DNA of 64,000 nucleotides from Bryobacterales bacterium (GCA_963707465.1 CAVPQK010000028.1:33638-97637); one strand, 5' to 3'. Counted from the stretch's first letter, positions 28,401-37,554 are shown. The notes: generated by a model from the sequence alone, not told the origin. A program made the numbers and translations.

Positions 28401-28657
28401 GCCGCCTTGAACCCGGGCTTTTCCGCCTTCACCTCCTGCGGCCCGAGAGGCAGGGAGAGGACTTTGTAGTTGCCATCCGCATTTGTAGCAGTGGTGCGCG
28501 ATGCGCCGGTCTCCAGGCTCTTGACCGTCACCGTGGCGCCCGCGATAGGGCTGCCGGAGGGATCCTCCACTCTTCCGGAAATGGAGGCGGACTGGGCCCA
28601 CGCCGGCGCGGCAATAAGGGCCGCAACCCAAAGCAGATGTCTAAACATATAAATCAA
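25436..28657 (-). CDS. TonB-dependent-receptor-like outer-membrane protein with N-terminal CarboxypepD_reg domain
   Basis: 1073 aa. Signal peptide, ISGRVEDPSGSPIAGATVTVKSLETG..DGNYKV (carboxypeptidase-regulatory fold), plug-like LPLNGRSFDNL, C-terminal beta-barrel ending QFGMKLIF. Confidence 0.85.
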   Translation of the reverse strand: MIYMFRHLLWVAALIAAPAWAQSASISGRVEDPSGSPIAGATVTVKSLETGASRTTATNADGNYKVLSLPLGPQEVKAEKPGFKAALRSGIDLRIGQEAVANLRLEVGDLAQQVTVSEQAPVVNTTTASAAGMVGEREVKDLPLNGRSFDNLIALNPGSINFSALKSAETSTSDGNTFSVEGRRTAENLFLLNGIEYTGASQLGVTPGGASGELLGIDAIREFNVVTDTYGAEYGKRAGAQVSVATQSGSNVLHGSVFEFLRNSALDARNFFDQASVPPFRRNQFGGALGGPLRKNKLFLFGNYEGFREALAVSNVAVVPDAEARLGMLPNASGVYKPVANLNPAMLTYMSFWPQANGAERLVGGLPTGTALDYSNPRQAIREDFGNTRADYALGGRDWLAGVYTIDDGNNLIPLADPLFASYETLRSQVASAQETHVFSPRVLNTFDAGFSRAGFNLDSAPETSFPASDSFVGALGPGGIVIGGGVTTTGSGSVVSAGPNNAANAWTRRNLFTGTDSVQIVTGKHQISAGIWFQRLQDNDDTASRQLGQASFASLTTFLQGKVTTFQVVPSPSELGWRSLEGAWYLQDTIKLLPNLTFEAGIRHEFTTGWNEEAGRAANYITNGDGILVTTPIVGHSAFTQNNATHLFGPRIALAWDIFGNGRTVLRAGFGTYYSLIDDLSFLLNSVPPYNGALSFAGVSLPSILPILPNVVPPPSCGPGVPAPCTTYAPQGVQPNAKTPTVEEWRFALERQLDRNSVLRLAYVGSFGYHGLLSVDPNTIPAQICATAGGCKAGGTPGTTTSTVPDGAQYIPVGTRPNPYLGAGFFWYTEGNTSYNALQVDVSHRLTHGLEFRANYTWSKSLDMNSALTGAQANNQAQMILDRSDLGRDWGPSALDVASQGSISWMYALPFGGNNRWLGGWRVNGIATLLSGFPFTPQIGANRSGDGDTRNPDRPSPNPAFSGPVVLGNPNQWFNPAAFVLPAAGTYGDLGRGTYLGPGLAELDLSLAKDIAIAERMKLQLRSEFFNIMNHANFGTPNAIVFSGTAISPSAGLITATATTSRQIQFGMKLIF

Positions 28658-28725
28658 TAGTTTAGCGCCACCGCCCGCGCGCTCACAGGGTCAAACGGTC
28701 CAGTACTGCGCTGGTTGGCCTCGCA

Positions 28726-28734
28726 TGGTATACT
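28726..28734 (+). promoter_or_regulatory. Possible extended -10 element (TGGTATACT) upstream of pqqA
   Basis: TGnTATACT lies 21 nt upstream of the pqqA GTG. No convincing -35. Confidence 0.25.
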
Positions 28735-28754
28735 TTCTCGCATAGGAGGGAAGC

Positions 28755-28832
28755 GTGAACTGGACAACACCGGATTTTCAAGAAGTTTCAGTTAGTTGCG
28801 AGATCAATTCCTACGCACCGGCTGAAATCTAG
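28755..28832 (+). CDS. pqqA: PQQ precursor peptide PqqA (25 aa)
   Basis: Too short for the ORF track. AGGAGGG RBS, then a GTG start: (M)NWTTPDFQEVSVSCEINSYAPAEI. Conserved W-x-x-P and the E-x-x-x-Y cross-link pair (EINSY). The stop is 2 nt before pqqB. Confidence 0.85.
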   Translation: MNWTTPDFQEVSVSCEINSYAPAEI

Positions 28833-28834
28833 CC

Positions 28835-29743
28835 GTGCTGGTGAGTGTGCTCGGCGCCGCAGCCGGCGGCGGATTCCCGCAGTGGAACTGCAATTGTGAT
28901 AATTGCCGCCGGCTCCGCGCCGGGATTTTGCGCGCCAAGGCCCGCAGCCAAATCCAGGTAGCCGTGAGCGCGGATGGCCACGCATGGCACCTGCTGGGCG
29001 CGTCTCCCGATCTGAGCAAACAGATCGAATCCAATCCCTGCCTTCATCCCCGGCACGGCCCGCGCGATTCCCCGATTGCTTCCGTCGTGCTAACCTGCGC
29101 GGAAGTCGACCAGTCGCTGGGGCTGCTCCTGTTGCGCGAGATGCACACGTTTAAGGTGTATGCGACGGCGTCGGTGCGCGACATCCTGCGCGAAGACAAC
29201 AGCATGTTCCGCATGCTGCACCGCGTGCCCGGACAAGTGGAGTGGCGCGTTTTTCGCCCCGGCACGACTTTCGAAATCGAAAGCGGCTTACAGGTGGAAG
29301 CGATTCCGATGGGCGGCGGATACCCCAGCTATGTGAGCGGCGAGCGGCTGGCGGGCTGCCGCGCGGACGAAGCCGTGGTGGGGCTTTCGGTGCGAGGCGG
29401 GGGCCGCAGCCTGCTTTTCCTGCCGGGCGTTCCGGGAATCGACGATGCGCTGGTCGCGCGCATGGAACAGAGCGATCTGGTATTGCTGGATGGAACCTTC
29501 TGGTCCGACGACGAATTCATCCGGGTGTGGCCGGAGGCACGCACCGCCAGGCAAATGGGGCATCTGCCGATTTCCGGGCCGGGCGGCAGCCTGGAGCGCC
29601 TGGCCGGGCTCGGCCGCCCGCGCAAAGTCTTCCTGCACATCAACAACACCAACCCGATCCTGGACGAAGATAGCGCCGAACATCGCGCGGTGCTGGAGGC
29701 CGGTTGGGAAGTGGCCTGCGACGGGATGACAATAACGTTATGA
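28835..29743 (+). CDS. pqqB: PQQ biosynthesis protein B (metallo-beta-lactamase fold)
   Basis: LGAAAGGGFPQWNCNCDNC N-terminal signature. 302 aa. Operon position. Confidence 0.9.
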   Translation: MLVSVLGAAAGGGFPQWNCNCDNCRRLRAGILRAKARSQIQVAVSADGHAWHLLGASPDLSKQIESNPCLHPRHGPRDSPIASVVLTCAEVDQSLGLLLLREMHTFKVYATASVRDILREDNSMFRMLHRVPGQVEWRVFRPGTTFEIESGLQVEAIPMGGGYPSYVSGERLAGCRADEAVVGLSVRGGGRSLLFLPGVPGIDDALVARMEQSDLVLLDGTFWSDDEFIRVWPEARTARQMGHLPISGPGGSLERLAGLGRPRKVFLHINNTNPILDEDSAEHRAVLEAGWEVACDGMTITL

Positions 29744-30480
29744 GCGACGAACTCCTGACCGCCGCCGAGTTACACGCGCGCCTGCAATCGGTGGGCGACC
29801 AGTTTTATCACCACCGGCATCCGTTTCATCTGCGGATGCACGAGGGGCAACTGACGCGCGGCCAGTTGCAGGCCTGGGCCTTGAACCGCTATTACTACCA
29901 GAGCCGCATACCGATCAAGGATGCGATCATTCTGTCGCGTTCCGATGATCCCGAATTCCGGCGCGCGTGGCGCAAGCGCGTGGTGGATCACGACGGCAGC
30001 CGCGCCGGAGAAGGCGGCATCGAGCGCTGGCTGCAGTTGGCCGAGGCCACCGGGCTGGAGCGCGAGCGCGTCATCGGGGGCCGCGAGATCCTGCCGGGCA
30101 CGCGCTACGCGGTGGATGCATATCTGAATCTGGTTTCGCGGGGGACCTTGCTCGAAGCCACGGCGTCTTCGTTGACGGAGCTGTTTTCCGGCCGTTTGAT
30201 CGCCCTGCGCATGGATGCGATGCGCAAACATTATGCCTGGATGGAGCCGGGCTTATCGTACTTCCAGGCGCGGCTGACGCAGGCGCCCGAAGATGCCGCG
30301 TTCACCATCGATTGGGTCACCCGCCAGGCGGCCACGCGCGCCCAACAGGAGTCGGCCATCGCGGCACTGCGCGCCAAGTGCGACATCCTCTGGGCGCAGC
30401 TCGACGCGCTGTATTACGCCTACGTGCAGCCGGGCTGGCCGCCACCGGGAGCGTTCCGTCCGGAGGATGGCGCCCGGTGA
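29740..30480 (+). CDS. pqqC: Pyrroloquinoline-quinone synthase PqqC
   Basis: ATG 29740 overlaps the pqqB stop (ATGA). FYHHRHPFHLRMHEGQLTRGQLQAWALNRYYYQ is the PqqC signature. Confidence 0.9.
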   Translation: MSDELLTAAELHARLQSVGDQFYHHRHPFHLRMHEGQLTRGQLQAWALNRYYYQSRIPIKDAIILSRSDDPEFRRAWRKRVVDHDGSRAGEGGIERWLQLAEATGLERERVIGGREILPGTRYAVDAYLNLVSRGTLLEATASSLTELFSGRLIALRMDAMRKHYAWMEPGLSYFQARLTQAPEDAAFTIDWVTRQAATRAQQESAIAALRAKCDILWAQLDALYYAYVQPGWPPPGAFRPEDGAR

Positions 30481-30749
30481 CGGCCGCCAACATTCCCCGG
30501 CTCGCGCGCGGTTGCCGGCTTTCCGAGGACTCCGCGCAGGGCTGGGTGCTGCTGATCCCCGAAGGGGTGTTGCGCCTGAGCGGTCCCGGCCCGCGCATCC
30601 TGCAGCGCTGCGACGGCTCGCGCAGCCTGGCGGACATCGTGCGCGAACTGGCGGCCGAGTTCGCCGAGCCGGACGCGGCGCGCGTGGAAGCCGAAACCGC
30701 CGCCTTCCTGGATCGCCTGGTGGCACGGCGAATCGTGGTGGTGGAGTGA
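30477..30749 (+). CDS. pqqD: PQQ biosynthesis peptide chaperone PqqD
   Basis: GTG 30477 overlaps the pqqC stop (GTGA). 90 aa. PRLARGCRLSEDSAQGWVLLIPEGVLRLSGPGPRILQRCDG..IV..LA is PqqD-like. Confidence 0.85.
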   Translation: MTAANIPRLARGCRLSEDSAQGWVLLIPEGVLRLSGPGPRILQRCDGSRSLADIVRELAAEFAEPDAARVEAETAAFLDRLVARRIVVVE

Positions 30750-31831
30750 CGGTGCAGCCGCAAGCCCTGATCGCCGAAGTGACGCATCGCTGCCCGCTGC
30801 ATTGCGTGTACTGCTCGAATCCTCTGGCCATGCGCCCGCGCGGCGACGAGATGCCGGCCGAGGTCTGGACGCGCATTTTTCGCGAAGCCGCGGCGCTCGG
30901 TGTGCTGCACGTTCACCTGACGGGCGGCGAGCCGCTGCTGCGTCCGGATCTGGAAGAACTGGTGCGCGCGGGCCGCGCCGCGAACCTTTACGTGAACCTG
31001 ATTACCTCGGGCATCGGACTGGGAGAGCGGAGGCTGGACGCCCTGATCGACGCGGGCCTCGACCACCTGCAGCTCAGTTTTCAGGACGCCGACGAAGTGC
31101 CCGCCGATGAGTTCGCCGGCGCGCGGGTGCATGCCCGCAAACTGGCGCTGGCGAAAATCGTGGGAGCGCGGCAAATCGGGTTTACGCTCAACGCCGTGGT
31201 TCACCGGCGGAACCTGGATCGGCTGGAGGAGATCGTGGCGATGGCCGAGAGGCTGGGCGTGGATCGCCTGGAAATCGCCAACGTGCAGTATTACGGCTGG
31301 GCCATCGAGAATCGCGAGAACCTGATGCCTACACGGCGGCAACTGGACGCTTGCGTGGCCACCGTGCGTGCGCACCAGGAGCGGCTGAAGGGGCGCATGC
31401 GCATCGATTTCGTGCCGCCGGATTACTACGCGCGCTATCCGAAAGCCTGCATGGGTGGGTGGGGGCGCTCGCTGATGGTGATCGACCCAGCGGGCTTCGT
31501 GCTGCCGTGCCACGCGGCGGGCGTGATTCCGGGGCTGACCTTCGAGAATGTACAGTCTCATCCGCTGGGCTGGATCTGGGAAGAATCCGCCGCCTTCCAG
31601 CGCTTCCGCGGGGAAGGCTGGATGCCCGAGCCGTGCCGCAGTTGCGACCGCCGGCACGAGGATTTCGGCGGCTGCCGCTGCCAGGCTCTGCTGCTGACCG
31701 GCGACGCCAGCGCCACCGATCCGGTCTGCTCGCTAGCCCCCGATCGCAAGCTGGTGGATGCGGTGATCGCGCGCGCCAACGCGTCTGCCGGCAACGCGGC
31801 CGGCTGGGTCTACCGCATCGATCCGGCGTAG
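30746..31831 (+). CDS. pqqE: Radical-SAM/SPASM enzyme PqqE
   Basis: GTG 30746 overlaps the pqqD stop (GTGA). CPLHCVYC radical-SAM cluster motif. C-terminal SPASM cysteines (CRSCDRRHEDFGGCRCQA). Confidence 0.9.
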   Translation: MTVQPQALIAEVTHRCPLHCVYCSNPLAMRPRGDEMPAEVWTRIFREAAALGVLHVHLTGGEPLLRPDLEELVRAGRAANLYVNLITSGIGLGERRLDALIDAGLDHLQLSFQDADEVPADEFAGARVHARKLALAKIVGARQIGFTLNAVVHRRNLDRLEEIVAMAERLGVDRLEIANVQYYGWAIENRENLMPTRRQLDACVATVRAHQERLKGRMRIDFVPPDYYARYPKACMGGWGRSLMVIDPAGFVLPCHAAGVIPGLTFENVQSHPLGWIWEESAAFQRFRGEGWMPEPCRSCDRRHEDFGGCRCQALLLTGDASATDPVCSLAPDRKLVDAVIARANASAGNAAGWVYRIDPA

Positions 31832-31902
31832 TTGGCGCCTCCGCAATTCTTACCAAATTTTTACAAAAATCCGGCACTCGACGAAGTGGAGTCTGCTAGA
31901 TT

Positions 31903-33480
31903 GTGGCGAGTATGCGCTTGAAAATGAGTGTTGCCGTTATCGGTTTCATCACGATACTGTCGCAGGAAGCCGCCGGGGGGTGTACGCCGAACGGAAACAA
32001 GTTCGACCTGGCGCCCTTGCTAAACGCGGTCGGGCAATATGACGAGAGCGTGGCCGTCCTGCCCGGCGGCGGCCTCAACGGCGCGGACCTGGTGATCGGA
32101 ACAGCCTTGGATACACGTGCGCTGCTGCCGGTCGGGTTTGTGGGCGACGTCATGGCGGATGCGATGTACGTCCAGCGCGACGCCTCGGATTGCGGCGCGG
32201 ACCTGGAGGGAGAACTACCCTACATCTCTTCCGCCGTCCTGGGGGATTTCGAGATATTCGGCCACCCCATAGTCGTGGCCGATCCCGCGCACAACGCTTT
32301 CTTTCTCGCCGATCTGCGGTACAACGGCGCCGGCATGGCAGTCGGGCTGCTCAAAACCACGCCGGCGATTCTCCTCAATACGGCCAACTGCCCGAACGGC
32401 ACGGTGGCGAACACGGTTCCCTGCTTCGTCGAGGCGGGCCAGATCGCCAATTACGAGACGTTCGAAACCATCACCAACCTGTTCGACCCTTCCATTGCGG
32501 TGGACCAGCGGACCACCGGGACCGGCGCCGGCGATGTGTACGTGGTCAGCGCGCAAACCAACCTCGCTGGCAAGGATCAGCCATCCTCGCTTACGCTCTC
32601 GGCCTGCGCCAACAGCATGGAGGTGTGCGGGTCGCAAATCACCATCAGCGGCGCGGACCAGCGGGCCGGCGCTCCCTGGGTTTATGTGCAGCCGAATGGC
32701 GTTATTACGGTTTCCTTCGTGAATGCACAAGAGGTTAGCCCCTCCAGTCCGCTCGAAATCCGTTTCGTCGACTGCACGCCGCGCGGAGCCCCCGAATCCC
32801 CCACTTGCGGCACGCCGATCGCCGTCCTGACCGAAAACCAGCCAGCGGGCATTCCGGGCGAGATCCAACTTACCCCGCAAAATATCAACCCGATTGTGCT
32901 CGAGTCCCAGGACCCCACGCTTCCCAAGCACGTGGACCGCCTGGAGAGTGACGGCACGACCGTGACCACATTTCTGGTATACGACCGTTGTGACGTGGCG
33001 CTCGACGCGGTGGGCGATGCCTACCCGCTTTGTCCGAAAACCGATGTGGTGGTTACATGCTCGACCGACGGCGGGGATACCTGGTCTCCGATCCAGAAGG
33101 TGTCCGCTGCCGAGGGCCAGCAATTATTCGGAAACATCGCGCTGGATGCGTCCACCGGGACCGTGAACATTACCTACTACTCGACCGAGAACGACCCGCT
33201 GAAGACGCGCATGCAAGTCTTTCTCGCCCAGATCCTGCCTGGCCAGACGACGGCCGGCACGCCGCAGCAGATTACCTCGTCTCTGTACGACGGCCCGCTC
33301 GGCGGTTTCAATAATACCGAAAGCCTGCCCGGCAACTATCTGGGCATTGCCGCGGGAGGCACCGGAGTCGCCGGCCAAAGTGTGGTCTATATCCACTTCA
33401 CCGGCAGCGCCGCCAACGGAGACTATGGCGGCGTGCCGTTTCCGGTGATCAACAATGTCCTGACGAGATTCCAGTATTAG
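31903..33480 (+). CDS. Secreted cysteine-rich protein with BNR/Asp-box (sialidase-fold-like), paralog 1
   Basis: 525 aa. Signal peptide. Asp-box STDGGDTWS. Collinear with ORF 33495..35288 (e.g. GAGDVYV, STG TVNI/SIVYY, GTG.AGQS blocks). Confidence 0.65.
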   Translation: MASMRLKMSVAVIGFITILSQEAAGGCTPNGNKFDLAPLLNAVGQYDESVAVLPGGGLNGADLVIGTALDTRALLPVGFVGDVMADAMYVQRDASDCGADLEGELPYISSAVLGDFEIFGHPIVVADPAHNAFFLADLRYNGAGMAVGLLKTTPAILLNTANCPNGTVANTVPCFVEAGQIANYETFETITNLFDPSIAVDQRTTGTGAGDVYVVSAQTNLAGKDQPSSLTLSACANSMEVCGSQITISGADQRAGAPWVYVQPNGVITVSFVNAQEVSPSSPLEIRFVDCTPRGAPESPTCGTPIAVLTENQPAGIPGEIQLTPQNINPIVLESQDPTLPKHVDRLESDGTTVTTFLVYDRCDVALDAVGDAYPLCPKTDVVVTCSTDGGDTWSPIQKVSAAEGQQLFGNIALDASTGTVNITYYSTENDPLKTRMQVFLAQILPGQTTAGTPQQITSSLYDGPLGGFNNTESLPGNYLGIAAGGTGVAGQSVVYIHFTGSAANGDYGGVPFPVINNVLTRFQY

Positions 33481-33494
33481 GAGGAGCGAGCAAA

Positions 33495-35288
33495 ATGAAG
33501 ACATTGAAAACCATCCTGATTGCCTGCCTCGTGGGATCGATGATGGCGATAGCGCTCGGTTCAGAGAATACGCGGGGCCCCCATTCGCGCGCCAAACGGC
33601 CACCGATTCCGGCCAACTTGCGGCGCTCGGCAACCCTCCGATTCCTGGCGTCCGAGGAAGGCCGCAGCCTCATGCAAGTCGCCGGACATCCGTTGTCCGG
33701 ATATTTCAACCAGGCGTTCGGCAATCCGTCAGCGGCGGCGCTGGAGGCAGCCCAAGCCCGGCTGCCGCGCCTCACCGCCCTCTCCAGCCCGCGCGCCGAG
33801 GTCCCGGCGGCGACGGTGCCGTGCACGGGAGACTCCGGGGCGCGCTTTAACCTGGAGCCGCGCGCCGGCGCGGTCCCCCAGCAGAGCGCGGCCGCCGACT
33901 TCATCCTGAACGGCGCCGCCGCGGGGGCGGACTTGATCGTGCAGACGGCCAACGACTGGCGCGGCGCTTTCCCCAGCAGCACCTGGGATAACAGCACGAG
34001 CGGTTATTACGTGCATCGCTCCACCACCGCCGATTGCAGCGTGCAGTTTGAAGGTGGCCTGCCGAGCTTCACGGTTTCAGGCGGCACGGCCATGGGTGTG
34101 GGAGATGCTTCGGTGGTTGCGGATGCCACGCGCGGCGCCTTCTTCATGGCGGACATGCGTTTCGGGCCGATCTCGGGCATCGGCCTGTTCCGGGCTTCGG
34201 CGGCCAGTCTGCTGAACGCCACGATGTGTCCTAACGGCACGCATCTGCAAACGCAGGCCGCCTCCTGTTGGATGCAGACCCCGCCGGTGATCGTGAATCC
34301 GGTCTCACAACCGTATTTCGATTCGCAGTTCAATCTGGCAGTGGACGAGCGCTCGAGCGGGCTCGGCGCGGGGGATGTCTACATCGCGGCCAATGCATAC
34401 GTCACCAGCCAGAGTTCCGATGAGGTGTTCGTCACCGCCTGCACCAACTCCACGCTGAAGTGCAGTCCGCTGGTGCTCGTGAACAACAACGACATCGCCT
34501 TTCCCTATGTGCAGGTGCGGCCCGATGGCCTGATCGCCATTTCCTATGTGGGATCCGGCTCGCAACTCTTTTTCGTGACCTGCACACCGGCGGGCGCTCC
34601 GAATCCCCCCGTGTGCGGCCAGCCCACCGTAGTGACCACCATCGCCAATGCGCTTCCGACAAATAGCGAAGGGGAGCTGACCACGCCATTGAATGGCATT
34701 GACAATTTCGTGGTGTTCACCTACCCGAAACACGCCACTCGCCGGGAATCCAGCGGCAGCTTCACCACGTTCCTGGTCTATGACGATTGCAAAGATCCGT
34801 ATAGCTCCCCGCCACCGCCGACCCCCACCCCGACCATTTGCATGGATGCGGAAGTGAATCTGACTCTTTCGACCGACAATGGCCTAACGTGGTCGACGCC
34901 CGTCTCTGTCGATACCGCCAGCGGGCACCACTTCTATCCCTCCGTCGCGGTCGATCAGTCCACCGGAACGGTGAGCATCGTCTATTACACGACCGAAGGC
35001 AACGCTTTTCATCATTACGCGCGCGTGTTCCTGAACCAAATCGCGCCGGGCTCGACCGCGATTGGCGCCGCGCAACAGGTGACCACCGCGCTCGCTCCGA
35101 TGGATATCGCGCCCGGCTTTCTGAACCTTAACCTCGACGATTTCCACCTGGGGGCCATCGCCCGCGGCACGGGAACGGCGGGCCAGAGCCACCTCTATAC
35201 TTCATTCAATCGCACGCTGGTGGAAGGAACCTACCAGGGAAAACCGCTTCCCGACAAGAATAATCACATCAGCTTGAAGACATACTGA
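33495..35288 (+). CDS. Secreted cysteine-rich protein with BNR/Asp-box, paralog 2
   Basis: 597 aa. Signal peptide. Asp-box STDNGLTWS. AGGAG RBS upstream. Paralogous to 31903..33480. Confidence 0.65.
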   Translation: MKTLKTILIACLVGSMMAIALGSENTRGPHSRAKRPPIPANLRRSATLRFLASEEGRSLMQVAGHPLSGYFNQAFGNPSAAALEAAQARLPRLTALSSPRAEVPAATVPCTGDSGARFNLEPRAGAVPQQSAAADFILNGAAAGADLIVQTANDWRGAFPSSTWDNSTSGYYVHRSTTADCSVQFEGGLPSFTVSGGTAMGVGDASVVADATRGAFFMADMRFGPISGIGLFRASAASLLNATMCPNGTHLQTQAASCWMQTPPVIVNPVSQPYFDSQFNLAVDERSSGLGAGDVYIAANAYVTSQSSDEVFVTACTNSTLKCSPLVLVNNNDIAFPYVQVRPDGLIAISYVGSGSQLFFVTCTPAGAPNPPVCGQPTVVTTIANALPTNSEGELTTPLNGIDNFVVFTYPKHATRRESSGSFTTFLVYDDCKDPYSSPPPPTPTPTICMDAEVNLTLSTDNGLTWSTPVSVDTASGHHFYPSVAVDQSTGTVSIVYYTTEGNAFHHYARVFLNQIAPGSTAIGAAQQVTTALAPMDIAPGFLNLNLDDFHLGAIARGTGTAGQSHLYTSFNRTLVEGTYQGKPLPDKNNHISLKTY

Positions 35289-35302
35289 AAGCGGTTTCAC
35301 CC

Positions 35303-36049
35303 TCAGGCGCGCAGGCCGAAGCGAGTCAGCATTTCGCGCCGCCCCAGGCTGGTGACGCCTAAGGCCCGGCTGTCGAGATCCTGAACCACCCATTTCCTTT
35401 GCAGCGCGATTTCCAGAAGCGCGGCGCCCAACGCGCCGCCGATATGCGGGCGGCGTTCACTCCAATCCAGGCAGGCGTACGCGAACTGGCGGCGGCGCGT
35501 CCGGATTTCGGCCACGTCAATGCCGAGCGCCGTAAACCCCTTCGTGCCAGGCGAAGCGAGCTGGAGCGCATGGCCGCCGCCCGTGGCGCCGGCTGACAAC
35601 CAGCCAAGCACCTGGAACCGGTCGTGTAACGCGACAGCCAGGGCGCCCGCCATGTGATCGTAGCAAGTGCGCGCGGCGCGCAGCCGGCTGGGTGTGCTGG
35701 GCACGAACTGGCCGCGAGAGGCGCCGGCCAGGACGCTCAGCCCTTCGAGCGCACTGGCCACGTGGGGCTCTTCCAGGCTGTAATAGCGATGCTTACCCTG
35801 GACGAACACTTTTACCAGACGGGCCGCCGTCAGCCGCTTCAGGTGCGTGCTGGCAGTTGACGGGCTCACGTCAGCCACCATCGCCAGCTCGGTGCTGGTT
35901 CGCGCATGGCCGTCCACCAGGCAATAGAGCATCCGAGCCCGGGCCGGCTCACCGATGGCGGCCGCAATTCTGGAGACTGCCGCGTCAACTGGCTCTTCTA
36001 CATCCATACTTCGATAGTAACCGAAGCGTGGATGTTCGACAACCGGCAT
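35303..36049 (-). CDS. ArsR-type winged-helix regulator with C-terminal extension domain
   Basis: GEPARARMLYCLVDGHARTSTELAMVADVSPSTASTHLKRLTAARLV is an ArsR-like HTH. The start may be the internal MDVEEP. Confidence 0.7.
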   Translation of the reverse strand: MPVVEHPRFGYYRSMDVEEPVDAAVSRIAAAIGEPARARMLYCLVDGHARTSTELAMVADVSPSTASTHLKRLTAARLVKVFVQGKHRYYSLEEPHVASALEGLSVLAGASRGQFVPSTPSRLRAARTCYDHMAGALAVALHDRFQVLGWLSAGATGGGHALQLASPGTKGFTALGIDVAEIRTRRRQFAYACLDWSERRPHIGGALGAALLEIALQRKWVVQDLDSRALGVTSLGRREMLTRFGLRA

Positions 36050-36065
36050 CCCGCCCGCGCTGCGG

Positions 36066-37490
36066 TTAGCGCGTTCCGCTGGCTTGGATCAGGTCGACCA
36101 GGCCGTTGACAATCCCATCCTCGGCACAGCCGGGCTTGAGGCGCGAACCGAGAACCTGAAAAGTATTCTCCCCAAAAGCCGCGTCGTTGGGCACGTATCC
36201 GGAACCGGCGCTCCCGTTGGCGAGGGTCACGAGCAGCGTATCGGCCAGCGGCGAGGCCGCCTTCAACTTCAGGCCGATCTCGGTGAAGATCTCCGCATTA
36301 ACCGAGGTCACCGCGATGTTGCCAATTCGGATCAGGCCGAGGCGGAAGTGCACCGGGTCGCCGTCCTCATATTTGCCAGGCGTGCCTTCGCGCGCATTAT
36401 CCAGGCGCTTGCGTCCCGGGCAGGTGATGGTCGACTGCGCGGCGGAGATGGCCGGAGCGGGATCCATCCGCGTGGTATTGGTCATCACCCGGATCACCTC
36501 CTCGCCGAGCAGCACGCCTTCACTCTCCATCACCTTTTCCATCACGTCGATTACCTGCGGGTCGGCCTTGTGCGCCTGAACCTTGCCGTCGCGCAGAGGG
36601 GCTTCGATCGGCTCCCGGGTCATGGCGTTGCCGGTGATTTTCGCGCCGTAACGGGAGGCCATCACGTTGGTCGAGGCGCGCAGGTAGAGTGGATTCTGAT
36701 CGCCCGAAGCGCCCTGCGCGAACACCGCCGCAATCTTGTCGCCGTACGCCTGTTCGACATGGCGCGAGGCCGCGCCGCAGAAGTCGGCACTGGTGATGTC
36801 GCTCAGGAAGCCGTTGACCGGGTGCATGGCATAGGTCATGTAGACCGCGATGGGCTGGCCCGCGAGCGATTCGAACTTGATCACGGCGACGGTCTTATCC
36901 GACGGTCCATTCAGGTTCGGGGCCTGGGTCCAGAGGTGCGTGCCGGTGTCGATATTGTCACGGCTCACATTGAGATAAGAGAAGCCGGCGCCGAAGCCGA
37001 CGCGCGCGGGCTGGAGGTTCGCCTGGGCCTGCTTTACGGCGTCCAGTATCTTGGCCACGATGGGCGGCGGCGGCGCATTGGGATCTGGCGCGGGCGGACG
37101 GCCGCCGGCCTGGCCGAAGCGCCGGAAGGGTTGATCGCCCGATGCAAATGCACTATGCGTGTGAGTGACCGAAAGGAGGATATTCGCCACGGGGCAATCG
37201 AGCGCCGCGGCGACCTGTTTCGAAGCGGCCGCCCAGACGTTGTCGACGAGCATGCTCTGGTCGGCGCCGATCAACGCAGCGCGGGCGACGCCGTTGTCCA
37301 GCACAATGGCGCGCACGTAAAGCTTCTCGTGCGCGTATTTGCCCGAAGGCGGATTGGCCGGGTCAGCCGCCGGCGTGATGTCGATGCGCGCGGCGCCCAC
37401 GCGCAGGCTCTGCGCCCTCGCCGGGGCGCATGCAGCCAGCCAAAACGCCAGCACGGCCGGCGCTACGATGACTCTCTTTTTCGCGATCAT
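36066..37490 (-). CDS. Neutral/alkaline ceramidase-like hydrolase, secreted
   Basis: ORF 36066..37517. ATG 37490 preceded by GAGGAA. RIDITP..EKLYVRAIVLDNG..LLSVTHTHSA resembles the Ceramidase_alk N-terminal signature. Confidence 0.55.
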   Translation of the reverse strand: MIAKKRVIVAPAVLAFWLAACAPARAQSLRVGAARIDITPAADPANPPSGKYAHEKLYVRAIVLDNGVARAALIGADQSMLVDNVWAAASKQVAAALDCPVANILLSVTHTHSAFASGDQPFRRFGQAGGRPPAPDPNAPPPPIVAKILDAVKQAQANLQPARVGFGAGFSYLNVSRDNIDTGTHLWTQAPNLNGPSDKTVAVIKFESLAGQPIAVYMTYAMHPVNGFLSDITSADFCGAASRHVEQAYGDKIAAVFAQGASGDQNPLYLRASTNVMASRYGAKITGNAMTREPIEAPLRDGKVQAHKADPQVIDVMEKVMESEGVLLGEEVIRVMTNTTRMDPAPAISAAQSTITCPGRKRLDNAREGTPGKYEDGDPVHFRLGLIRIGNIAVTSVNAEIFTEIGLKLKAASPLADTLLVTLANGSAGSGYVPNDAAFGENTFQVLGSRLKPGCAEDGIVNGLVDLIQASGTR

Positions 37491-37554
37491 TTTTCCATTT
37501 CCTCGATGAACGACCATTCTAAGTGCCCGCGCGCGTTAGCGGAGCAGCCTCGCG

